Assembly: GCA_039096935.1 (NCBI GenBank)
Contig: JBBPEE010000035.1
Location: 310,001-374,000 of the forward strand
DNA length: 64,000 nt
Direction of reading: 5' to 3'
From: Blastocystis sp. ATCC 50177/Nand II
Lineage: Eukaryota
The notes under the pieces were generated by a model. The model saw nothing but the letters and a program-made list of their open reading frames with translations, ran no database searches and was not told the origin of the DNA. Below are positions 11,194-22,356 of the stretch, piece after piece (position 1 is the first letter of the stretch; every line of letters begins with the position of its first letter). Position numbers and translations under genes: made by a program.

Positions 11194-11456
11194 AGAACAT
11201 GTGACAGAAGCAAAGACATACCTTTACCTAAGTAAAGTGAGAATGTGCTCCAACCCCGAGAACTGGGACAACAAGCCACAGCTCAGCAAAGAGGCCAGAC
11301 AAATCTCTTGCATGATCATTTGCATTTCTAGTCAAACATGATAAGAAACGTGGCAAAACCATGCGAACAGTGTACCGTCATGGAATACAAACGTCTTCAT
11401 GGAGAATAAGAACACGCATATGTTTTTAATCCCTCGTGTACACACACACAACGACC

Positions 11457-11519
11457 ATTCAGTGAAACTGTCAATCATCACAATCAAATATGACTGGGGC
11501 GACAATTACTCATCAGAAT
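11457..11519 (-). ncRNA. Box C/D snoRNA antisense to the LSU P-loop region TGACTGGGGCG (snR67/U31 region)
   Basis: TGATGA, D' TTGA, perfect C' GTGATGA, CTGA; 11-nt complement at 11491-11501. Confidence 0.8.
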
Positions 11520-12511
11520 AGCACACAACGACAACCATCACGAGCCTTACCATCCGCATCGGAGACTCCGCTCCCTCCCAACTACAAACGGTTACTATGC
11601 GCCTCTTCCACCGTGGAGCAGCTTAAGAAAGAGTCCGGGTAGCGAAACAAGCTCCCTTTCGTCGCATTTTGGCTCACAGGTGAAACCACCCATCCACCAG
11701 GATTCCTATAGCGACAAACTCTGCCTCGCCGCAGCCACTCCCATCCTCAAGCACAGATCGTCTACATACAGATTGGGAGGTGAAATGAATTCGAGGCAGG
11801 CCTCTGCAGTTACACCACTCCACCCGCTCTCAGAGGAAGCACAACTCCTTCCATTAGAAAGAAATAATGCCTTGAAAGGGTGGAGATGGGAAAACGTGCA
11901 ATGGTCGGAATAACATTGGAAGAGTCTTGGTGATCAATCGGCGAGTGCCGCTCGCGCAATAGTTGTTTCTCTCTTTGTGTTGGTGCGTTGCTCTTGAAAT
12001 GCATGGCTCAGAAAAGGAATAAATGTGAAAAGTGTGGCTGAATAGAATGGAATCATGAATGAATTGTGGAGTGTTCTTCGTTTGTTATTCCCTTCTTCTG
12101 AACTGTGGAGGTGAAAGGGAGCAAAAAGAAAAGTAGAAAAATGTGAGGACAGGGTGAGTCGAACACCCAACCTTTTGATCTGGAATCAAACGCGCTACCA
12201 TTGCGCCATGCCCTCCTTGTTTGGCGACTCCAACTAGGGTCTTTCAATCGCTGCAATCCCAGTTCAGAGGGATTCCATTCTGTCTGTTTCGAGTTGGTGT
12301 GCATAGGATGGAGTGACCCTATTCAATCACGAGACTCGGAGTTCCCTTCTATCCATTCACTCCTCTTCAAGAGAGAGTAGGGATGGAACACACTCGAAGT
12401 AGTTATCCCAAATCAGCACGTCTTGAGACGATTTCCTCATCCGCTTTGAAAACGCACACTCGAATAGCGGGGGCCCCAACGGAGGGCAAAACGCTAGACT
12501 TATCCATTGCT

Positions 12512-14985
12512 ATGCCGAAGGAAAGCAACGCGGAGAAAGTACTTGCGGCTCGTGTTCATGAGTGGTAGCAAAACGCTCCTGCCAAGGGAAAGAAGGAGAT
12601 GAAGACGACGGGCGGAAAGAAAGTCCAGGGAAAACAGAAGAAGGTGCGCCTCGAATACAAATAGTTAGGAGTAGATCATGGTGGAGTGCAAATTTGGCGA
12701 CCGCTGCACAAAGGGCGACAAGTGTCCCTTCCTCCATTCTCACGTGAGGGCAATTTCGGTGCTTCATTGATAGGTGAAGGAGAAGAAGGAGTTGACTGGG
12801 AGAGAGGCCAAGAACGAGCAGAAGAAGCTGCGCTTGGAGCGGAAGATGAAGAAGCCCGACGGCGAGCTGGTGTTCAAGGTTGCTTTGTCGAATTCGGTTG
12901 ATGGTAGGCCAAGGAGATTTGGAACCGCCTGCGTCTGGTGGACATCAAGAAGGAGGAGCGCGACCTGCTGGTGCTGAAGCTGATGACGCTGCTGACCGGG
13001 AAGTTCGTGGACATCAGCATGAAGCACGATGGCAGCCGCATCATCCAAACCCTGTATAAATACGGCACGCCCGCGCAGCGCTCCGCGATTTCAAAGGTGC
13101 GGCGATGCAGAGCTCTGTGACATGCAGGAAATCATGAAGTCCGTGGTGCCTCTGAGCAAGACCAAGCACGGCCGCTTCCTGGTGATCTCGCTGCTGCGCT
13201 ACAGCTCGAAGGACGAGGTGGAGCAGTTCATCAAGGCCATCACGGGCAAGGTGCAGTCCATGTGCATCCACCAAGTGGCCTCCGTACGCCCGCCTCCTTT
13301 TCGTCATGCCTAGCACGTGATCGAATACGCGTACGAGGAGGTGCTGACGCACAAGCAGAGCTTCCTGCTGTTCCAGGAGCTGTACCACCGGCAATTCATC
13401 AACATGAAGGACACAGAGTCCTCCTCCGTGGTGGAGATCGCCGCCAAGAACCCGCTGCTGAAGGAGAAGTTCATCGGCAACCTATTCGTCGTGATCACCA
13501 AGCTGGTGGGCGCGCGGCGCGGCGGTGAAGCCTAGGTGAACAAGGGCCTGCTGGACAACTCCTACACACACAAGATCCTCTACGACTACATCCAGATCAC
13601 GGATCCGAAAGTGGGGGGGGAGGTGGGAGCGTTGAGCGTAGCGCATCATGATGCTGATGGACCAGCTGGACAACGCGTTCCCTGCCTTCTCCACCACCGC
13701 GCTGGGCGTGCAGTTTGCCGTGGAGGCGCTGAACTACTGCAGCAACAAGGCGGGCGCGCGCGGCGAGTATCATGGGTAGAACAAGAAGCGCATCATCAAG
13801 TCGTACAAGACGATCATCGCGGACACGTGCGTGCACCCGTTCGGCTACGAGATCGTCATCAAGCTGCTCTTCTGCGTGGATGATATGGTGACGCTGAACA
13901 AGACGGTGCTGGCGGAGATCCAGTGCGACTACCCCAAGCTGCTCAAGTCGAACCGCGTGGGCGCCGGAGGGGCGTGTGAAGCGTAGGGTTGCCGCGTGCT
14001 GCTGGCAGTGCTGGCGCCGAGTGGGCGTGGGGAGAGGGCGTGATGCGTAGAGAACCGCTCCTACTTCGAGAACGACAAGCTGTTCGTGGTGCCGGCGGTG
14101 GGCGCGGCGGCGCGTGGTGAGGCGTAGTTCACGATCAAGAACGAGAAGGGCGAGAAGGAGGAGGTGCACACCTCCAAGAAGGACTACCCCGTGCGCGTGA
14201 AGGAGCTGCAGGAGCGTGTGCAGCTGGCGCCGGCGCTGCTGGCGGCGTTCCCGCTGTACGCCACGGACAACAACGCGGTGCACGTGATCGTGGAGACGCT
14301 GAGCCACTGCTCCGAGGCGGAGCGCGGCAAGCTGTTCGCGGCGCTTCGCGGCGTGGTGGAGAAGTCGCTGGAACAGCCGGACGTGGCGCTGGAGGAGGGC
14401 GTGAAGGAGGTGGAGGCTCCTGCTCAGGAGGAGGAAGAGGAAGAAGAAGAGGAAGAGGAAGAGGAAGAGGAAGAGAAGGGAGAGGAGATGGAAGAGGAAG
14501 AGGTGGACGAGGAGAAGGACGAGGACGAGAAGGAGATGGAGAAGGAGGACGCGGCGATGGAGGAGGAGAAGGTGATGGAGGAGGAGAAGGAGGAGGAAGA
14601 GAAGAAGGTGACCTACAAGGACGTCTGGAGCATCACCGCCTGGAGCGTGCTGATCAAGCGCCTGATCAAGCATTGCGAGGAACACGAGGAGCTGAAGGCG
14701 TGCTTGATGACGGAGATCGTGACGCCCCTGAAGGGCAAGTGGGTGTGGGCGAAGGGGGTGAGCATTAGGTTCATGAAACTGATTGAGACGTACCCGGCGT
14801 CTCTGTTCCTGGTTGCAGTGGGAGTGAAGAGTGACGCGTAGGTCCGCTCTCTCCTGAAGTGCGAGGTCACGAAGAAGGAGATGAAGAAGATCCTGAAGGG
14901 AGAGGTGAAGCAGATGAAGAAGTTGTTTAGCAGTGGAGCCTACAAGGGATACGACGATGTTTTAAAGATGATTACTGAAGCATAA
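12512..14985 (+). CDS. PUM3: Pumilio-family nucleolar protein PUF6/PUM3 (many introns, one GC-AG)
   Basis: KHDGSRIIQTLYKYGTPAQR, NKKRIIKSYK, FCVDDMVTLNK and HTSKKD motifs; TAA followed by TGTTTGTT at 14991. Confidence 0.85.
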
Positions 14986-15045
14986 CGCAGTGTTTGTTTG
15001 GATTCAGCCTGCTTCAAAACGGGGCAAACGGAACGCAAAGCAGTG

Positions 15046-15129
15046 GCACGTTTGTCCGAGTGGTCTAAGGAGGTAGACTCAAGTTCTACTGTACAGGAGT
15101 ACTCGTGGGTTCAAATCCCACAGCGTGCA
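15046..15129 (+). tRNA. tRNA-Leu(CAA)
   Basis: Cloverleaf GCACGTT/AGCGTGC, anticodon arm GTAGA-CTCAAGT-TCTAC, long variable arm, TTCAAAT loop, oligo-T terminator. Confidence 0.95.
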
Positions 15130-15214
15130 GCTTTTTTTCCTCACTATTCCTTTTTGCGTTGTCGCTGCGTGCTGCATTCACACCTAGTTAGTTCTCTCTT
15201 GCGCCTCGGAGAGT

Positions 15215-16800
15215 ATGAGCACCCTTCAAGAAGGATACCAGTTCTTCCTGTACGTGAACGACGGAACGCGACGCTACGGAAAGGCCTGCAGGAATGGGTG
15301 GAGTGCTGCGGGGCGGAACTGACTGTGTAGCGAAATCAAAATCCAGAGGAAACACTACCCCTATTCTGATCTGATTGGACACAAGTTCGGAACTATTTTC
15401 GAAATCCGCGGAAAGCACCTCGTTCCCGTCGACAGTCCGCTAAATGCCGTGGATGTGGCTTCCGGTGCGCGCTCTCCCATCCATTTATGTATAGTCGACA
15501 TGAACGACGAGAACGACAACCGCGAACTGGTGGACAACCGGCTGAACCAGACCCTGGACCAGGACGACATTCTGAAGATGCGGAAGGACGGGATGAGCGG
15601 AGACGCCATCATCCAGGAGCTGGCGTCGAGCAGCACCACATTCGACGGGAAGACGGACTTCTCCAAGAAGAAGTACCTGAAGAAGAAGGCGGAAAAGTAC
15701 ATCGTGCGCTGCATGCTGGTGGAGGCCAACTCGCAGACGGTGTGCGAGCAGCAGTACATGAAGAATCCCGTCACGTTGAAGTCGCTGTGCTTCCCCTCCT
15801 TTACCGTAGCTACATGCGCTTCGACACGCTGGCGTACATGCTCTCCGTGGCCAACATCTACCCCGGGTCGAAGGTGATGGTCTTCGATGATTGCATGGGC
15901 ATCGTGGTCGCCAGCGTCATGGAGCGGTTGGGCGGCTACGGCCTCGTCTTCGCGGTGAACAAGAACGAGAACCGCATCCCCTCCTACGATTGCATCAATC
16001 GCCTCAACTTCACCGTCAGCGCCGACCAGAACGAGTACACGGTCGATCACACCGGCACATTGCCCGCCACCACCATCACGCGTCCCACCCGTGCGCCGTG
16101 CCTCGCCGACTACGTCGCCAACATCCGCAACACGGTGCTGATCTGGCACCTGAGCGACCTGCTGAGCGTAACGCCCGTCGACCACGCCACCACGCCCGTT
16201 CCCGACGACGACCCGCTGCCGCTGCCCTTGCCGCAGCCGGAGCCCACGAAGGTGGTGGTGCCGGAGGTGGTGTACGAGCTGAATTCCGACGTGCCGATGA
16301 CGCACAAGGACGGCTCACCCATGAGCGACAAGGAGATCATCCACATCTTCCAGAAGCGTCTGGAGCGCCGTCTGCGCGAGGAGTGGCAGCCGTCGCTGGA
16401 GCAGCAGCAGGCTATGCTGCGCCACGGCGTGAGCAGTCTCGTGGTGGCTTCCAACAACCCGCTGGAGGACCTGCCGCCGCTGCTGCCGTACCTCGCGCCC
16501 TCGGGGGTGCTGGTGGTGTACTCGCAGTACCAGGCGGTGCTGGCGGAGGTGTTCGCCGCGCTGAAGCGGAGCGGGCAGTGGATCAACATCACGATGAGCG
16601 AGAACTTCATGCGCAAGTACCAGGTGCTGCCGATGCGCACGCACCCGTATATGAACATGTTCAACAATGGCGGCTTCGTCCTGACGGCCACGCGAGTGCT
16701 GAACGTGAATGCCGCGGAGAGCGCGAAGGAGGAGACGGGGATCCGAACGGGAGCCGGGGCCACGTCCACGCTGCGGAGGAAGCGGCTGAAGATCATGTAG
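15215..16800 (+). CDS. TRM6: tRNA m1A58 methyltransferase non-catalytic subunit TRM6/Gcd10
   Basis: DNRELVDNRLNQTL..TFDGKTDFSKKKYLKKK; MRFDTLAYML; RKYQVLPMRTHPYM. Confidence 0.9.
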
Positions 16801-16829
16801 AGAGCGGCACTAATTCCCATTCTCACTCG

Positions 16830-18527
16830 ATGTTTGTTGAGCTGAAAGCCATCGAGGGTCCCTACAACGGAAAGAGCCGGGTGGTCCATCTGAAAGCCCC
16901 GCACTACAAATGCCTCTTCGGCCGAACCGTTCCCGAAGGTACTGGTCTCCTTTTCTTCTTTACTCGAGTAGACGACTTTTGCCTGGAAGCGGACCCCGAA
17001 ATCAGCGGGAAGCATGCGTTGTTCAGGTGGAACCTGGAGAAGGACTGTCTCCAGGTGTGCGACGAAGGGAGCTTCAACGGCACGGCTCTCGATTTTAAAA
17101 TCCTGGAGAAGGGCAAGTTCTATGACGTGAAAGACGGGAACACGCTGACCGCCGGGAAATCGAAGTTCGTCATACGGATACGAGAGAACAGGGAGGATCT
17201 GCAGAGCGAAAAGGCTCCGAAGGGCGATGTGTACTGCCCCATCTGTTTTAAGGACCTGAACCAAATGACGGAGACTGGACGCACCCAGCACGTGAACAAT
17301 TGCCTCCCCTCGAGTGAGCCCTCCATTCTGTCCAAAGCGGCGCAACTGACAAAGAACCAATCCTATGAGTGCTTGCAATAGCGAAGCGTGATGCGTAGGT
17401 CCCTGTCTCTCAATCAGCTGGCCTCCCTAAAGCAGCGCATGGAGAGCGTGAAGACGAAGCTGGAGGTGCGTTCTTGTTGTCGTCTTCATCGTAGATTGAG
17501 CTGCAGAAGGTGGAGGCGCTGTATTACCGCAGGCGGTCCCAGGACATGCTGCAGAACCCGGAGCGCAGACGCACCATCCAGACACAGCGGGATCCGTCAT
17601 CCGCCATCGACATGATGTTCTCCCAGGACGCGATTGCCTCTCCCGTCAAGAACACCGTTTCCTCCAAAACCACCGTTTCCTCCCTTCAATCCAAGCTCAC
17701 CGGAGGTGGTCCTCGCACTCCCCGCTCACGCCGTAGCCTCCGTTCCCCTTCCCGCCCTGCTCTCCAGTCCGGTGCAATCTCCCTCCAAGAAGCGCCTGTC
17801 CATGCTCGCGGCAGACTCCGCCTCCAGCGACGACAGCATCCTCTCGCCTCAGACGCCAGTCAAACGCAACCGCCTCTCCCTCCCAACATCTCCCTCCAAG
17901 GGCATCGCGCGCGTAACGCCCCGCCGCTCGAGCATCCTCGTGTCTCCCTCCAAGCCGCCGCACGCGCGTCGCTTCACGGTGCAGGAGCGCAACCAGCACT
18001 ACGAGTTCTTCCTGAAGCAGGTGCGAGCGGCGCGGCGGCGTGAGGCGTAGGTACCCAAGGGGCTGAAGGAGCTGTACTCCAGCGAGGTGCAGCAGTGGCT
18101 GCGCGCGCTGCTGGGACAGTCGGGAGAGGAGATGCGGCAGACGAAGGAGAGTCTGCAGGAGCAGGAGCGCGGCGCGGCGGAGGAGAAAAAGGCGCTGTTC
18201 CAGTTTCTGCTGCGCATTGTGAGCGATCTGGAGGCGGAGCTGGACGATGCTGCCGGGAAGAGAAGGGACACGGCGGCGACCGGGAAGGGACTGTTTCCGG
18301 AAGTAACGGAGGAGGTGGTGAAGGAGGTGATGGCGGCGCTGCGGAAGGATGCGAATCTGTCGTACCAGCTGGGCGCGAAGCAGACCGTGATGTTCGATCG
18401 CGTGATAGCGTGCGTAGGTGGTGACGGTACGCGTCAAGCGTAGGCGAAGAGGAGTATTCCCTCTATCAGTGTGCAAACCGTCCAAGCGGTACTGGATAAG
18501 CAGGGCATAGCGTATATTATGAAGTAA
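16830..18527 (+). CDS. FHA + UBZ4-type zinc finger + SLX4-like C-terminal domain protein
   Basis: FGR..DPEISGKHA..DEGSFNGT (FHA); CPICFKDL..HVNNCL; C-terminus ALRKDANL..ISVQTVQAVLDKQGIAY. Confidence 0.6.
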
Positions 18528-18784
18528 CGGTGTTGTTTCTTGAAAAGACTCCAATTCTCTATACCATTCCACGTTTCTTTCCATTCCTCGCACACTGCAC
18601 CCCAAGGCAGTCAGCATCAAATTGCAGTGCAACACACGCGCACTCTTCCGCGTTCTTTCCAGGCCGAAATGGCGCCGTTTTCTGGAATTGATTCAAATTC
18701 AAGCACGAAGGCAGTATTCGTTGGCGTGTAGGAATTCGCGTTTCCACGGCTGACAAATAGGTCGGAATCGCTTAAAATTGGAAT

Positions 18785-19759
18785 ATGGAAGCTGCTCCCG
18801 TAGAGAATCAGATTGCAGTTGCTGACGCTTCTGCTGCCCCCGCTCCTGCTGCCGTGTGGGTGACTCTTGGATTAGCGCTGATCCGTAGGGAGAAACCCGC
18901 TGCTGAAGTGGCGGCTCCCGCTCCCGAAGTGCCCGCCCCCGCCGTCCCCGAGGAGAAGGAGGCTGAAGCGCCCGAGGAGGAAAAGCCGGCCGCTACAGAA
19001 GAGAGCCCCGTTCTTCTTTGGTTGCGGCCCATTACAGATAGAAGGCGGAGCCCGTGAAGGAGGCGAAGGCTGTCGAGGAGGAAGAGCCCGTGGACGATGA
19101 AGAGGAGGAAGAGCCTGTGGACGACGAGGAGGAGTGGGTCTCCGACGATGAGGTCGTTGTGCGTGTTCCTTGTCGAGGCTGACGGGGTAGCCGAAGAAGC
19201 GCGGAAGGAGAAGCGCGTACGACGATGATGACGACGACGACGAGGAATACGGCCGCTCGAAGAAGAGAAGAGTGGTGGTGGTGAAGAAGCCCGTGAGATC
19301 ACGCAACGTGACCGCCAACGAGCCCGCCGGCATGAAGGCTCTTCGCGCTTACACATCCGCTCTGAAGCTGGGGTAGCTGTGCATATGATGCATGAAGGGT
19401 AGTCCCCGCTGCTTCCGCGGCCTGAACGACATCTCGAACGTGAAGGACAGAGAGGCTGAACTGATTTCCCGTCTGCACGAGTGCGGCCGCAGCTGGGCTG
19501 GCGAGTATCCTTCTCCCGAGGAGGTAGTTTCTGCTGCGGAGATTGAGCGTAGATCCTGCTGGCGAAGGAGGAGATCCGCCAGAAGAAGGCTGAGAAGGCG
19601 AAGGAGTTCATCATCGAGAACGACACGGGCGTGCGAAAAGCTGCCCAGAAGGCTCGCGAGTTCGTGAAGACCCTGGGCGAGGAGGAGGGCGAAGATGAGG
19701 ACGTGGAGGCCGACGTGGATGCTGAGATTGAGCCTGGCGATGACAAGGACGAGGAGTAA
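18785..19759 (+). CDS. Acidic protein, HIRIP3/CHZ-type histone-chaperone-like
   Basis: A/E/P-rich N-terminus, basic stretch, MKALRAYIR..EYPSPEE..KEEIRQKK; multiple short introns. Confidence 0.4.
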
Positions 19760-19818
19760 GTCCCTTTTCGGTTGTGTCTAGTGAGTGTTATCATTGTTTG
19801 TTTGTTTGCCCGAACCCA

Positions 19819-20877
19819 ATGCAAGATATCCGAGGGGGAGGGTGCATGGCCACGCTGCTCATTGTGGGAAGCGCCCTCTTCAATCTCTCTCTGAACGGTG
19901 CCTTCTTCTTTCTCTCTATCATTCTGCTGAAGTGCAAGCTCTCGGAGCCCGGCGTGCTGTGGCTGTTTGTAGCCCATGAGATCACGCCTCACTCGTAGTC
20001 TTCCTCGCTCCTGGGAATTGTGACTTTTGCCCTCTGCGTCCGGTATACGATGGTGATTAGTTTGTTTTCGAGCAGAGGGGAGTGCGAACGGAGGCGCGTT
20101 GTCATTTCTAGGAAAGGGAGATGCGTCGTGAGGTTCGGCCTCCTATTTCTGCTCACGATCCAGTTGTTGGAGCATTTAATGGGGACCATTTTCTACCACA
20201 GGTGGAGCAAGGGCGATTTGCATGGCTTGCATTCCTGCTGTCTCGTTTACATGATTTTGGGATGGGTGTTTTATCCGCTGTTTCTCTCCATCTTCATCAC
20301 CTGCGATGTTCTCTTCAGCTACCAGATCTACGCCGCGAAGAATCGAGACCACGCTCTCCTGGACGCAGGTATGACCCAGAATGTCACTTGCTGCTGCAAC
20401 GATCCCGGAGTGGGGGACTGCTGTCCTCAATGCGAACGGTGCTGCTTCGACATTGAGCCAAATCCGTCTGCCACGCGCTACAACAACTCGTGTTGCTGCG
20501 ATGGTTGCTGCGACTGCTGCATTGACTGCTGCATCGACTGCTGTGGCGAATCGTCCCGACCGCTTCCGCCCGGAATCCCGGAGCAGAACATCATCTATCT
20601 CGGCGAAGACCACCGCGTGATCTACATGCCGCACGCAGAGTCCATTCCCATGGCGGAGGTGGTGCCCATGGCGATGCAGCCCTTGCAGCCCCTCCCAGTC
20701 CAGAATCCGGTGATTGCGTTTGGAATGGAAGAGCAGCTCATTCATAGTCCATCTGCAGTTCCCATGAACTACCCGCCTGTGGGCACATCGTACACCGCTT
20801 CTCTCTATCAGGCGCAGCCCATGCCAGTGTATGCTCCTGGAGTGGGAGTTGGCATGCCGATGAATCCCACTCTGTAA
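19819..20877 (+). CDS. Multi-TM protein with Cys-rich domain and Pro-rich tail (paralog 1)
   Basis: TM helices then NNSCCCDGCCDCCIDCCIDCCGE; TAA, then TGTTTGTT downstream. Confidence 0.6.
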
Positions 20878-20927
20878 AACCCTGTAGTTGTGTAGATCGT
20901 GTTTGTTCACCGAAATCGGCCCTGGAA

Positions 20928-22258
20928 ATGGACGAACACAAAACAGTTAGTTCCTTGAAGGATGATGGAGGACGGTGGTGGAGTGACAGACCGGTGCGAT
21001 CCCTCGCTGATATCGCTCATGCTGACGTTCAACACCGTGGTCAACTTGGGATGTCCCTTATCCTTTCTCTGGATTTGCTTTCTGAAGTTCAAATTCAATC
21101 TGCATCTGAAGGGTGCGCGCTGGATCCTCGTACGGAAGGAGGGTGCGGATGAGACTTAGGCTCACTGCTGTCTTGGCATCGTTCAGTTCTTTGTCATGGG
21201 CACGTACACATTCCGGCGATTTAAGAACCATGTGTCAAAGAGGTGGGGATTGCCAAGTCCCATGACGGCGTAGACACTTGACGGTGTGCACATCTGTTTC
21301 GTTCTACCTTCTATTTGCATTTCAAGTGGTCTCCATGATTGTTGGAAGTACGGGCTTCCACAAGTGGGCAAAGGTCCCCGTAATGTACTTTTCGGCCACG
21401 TACCTCGTGTTCATGGTACTGAACTGGTCGCTCCTCGGCGCCCTCACCATCGTCGTCATGATTTGTGCGTTCGTCCCTTTTCTCTAAGGAGCAGGCCTCC
21501 TCGTCCAGTCGTGTCGGCTACGACGCCTGAAGAAGCTGGAAGAGCCCCTTCTCGAGGAGGAGGGCAAATCGTGCTGCTGCTGCTGCCACACGAAGGGCGA
21601 CAAGGAATGCTGCGGGAGATGTCACCGTTGCTGTCTGGACTATGAGGTGGATCCGACGCGCGAGCGCATCAACAATTCCTGTTGCTGCAACGGCTGCTGC
21701 ACCTGCTGCATGGACTGCTGCATTTCCTGCTGCGGCGAGAAGAACGTGGCGCTCCCCGAGGGCATCACCGCCAACGACATTGTCACCGCCAATCCGCATC
21801 ATCACATCATCTACGTTCCCGACCCCAACGCTCCTGTCACCATGAGCAACGCCGCCACCTCGTCCGACGCACTCTCCCACATGGCGGGCGTGGGGTCGCT
21901 CCAGAACACCCGCCATTTCCTGTACTTGTCGCTCCGCCGCTAACACGTAGTCCCGCGGTTTTCTACTCCGATCTGCAGAACACGACGGTGGGAATAGCAA
22001 TAGCGACTCACGCGTAGCCCGGCGCCAAGACGCCGCTGTACATCGTGCCGTCGGATATCCCGAACCAGCAGACTCTCTTCTCTTCGACGATGGCGCCCGT
22101 GGTGCCCGCCTCCTCCCTCGACAACTCCTCGCAGGCCGCCGTGCAGAGCAGCGTGGCGAGCGCGCAGGAGGGCGCGAGTGCCGTGGCCGACGGCAAGCAG
22201 TATGTGGTCATCGATGGTGTACGATATGTGGTGGAGACTGCGTCCCTCCACAATGCTT
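20928..22258 (+). CDS. Multi-TM protein with Cys-rich domain (paralog 2); start approximate, poly(A)-made stop
   Basis: NNSCCCNGCCTCCMDCCISCCGE; ends GCT T|TGCC TGTTTGTC. Confidence 0.55.
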
Positions 22259-22356
22259 TGCCTGTTTGTCATAAACACGAAACTGCGTCTTGTAACGGAC
22301 ACAACCATCTTGCCTTTGAAAACAACCTCAATTCTTGATAACAAACACAACGCAAG

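Larger units (their letters stand above)
9992..11581 (-). ncRNA. Spliced snoRNA host transcript (exons ~11581-11551, 10937-10888, 10560-10537, 9997-9992; 5' end unresolved)
   Basis: Minus-strand GTAAG donors at 11550, 10887, 10536; YAG acceptors ending 10938, 10561, 9998; TGTTTGTT at 9987-9980; introns filled with snoRNAs. Confidence 0.7.

Noticed and set aside
11197..11445. Telomerase RNA or U3 candidate
   Set aside because: No telomeric template on the transcribed strand and no U3 box A/B/C arrangement seen
11461..11470. TGAAACTG match to the 18S U14 domain A target
   Set aside because: Too short and the U14 domain B element is absent; not called U14
15891..17381. 496-aa ORF fusing the TRM6 region to the FHA domain
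   Set aside because: The upstream part is an off-frame overlap of TRM6; the FHA protein starts at ATG 16830
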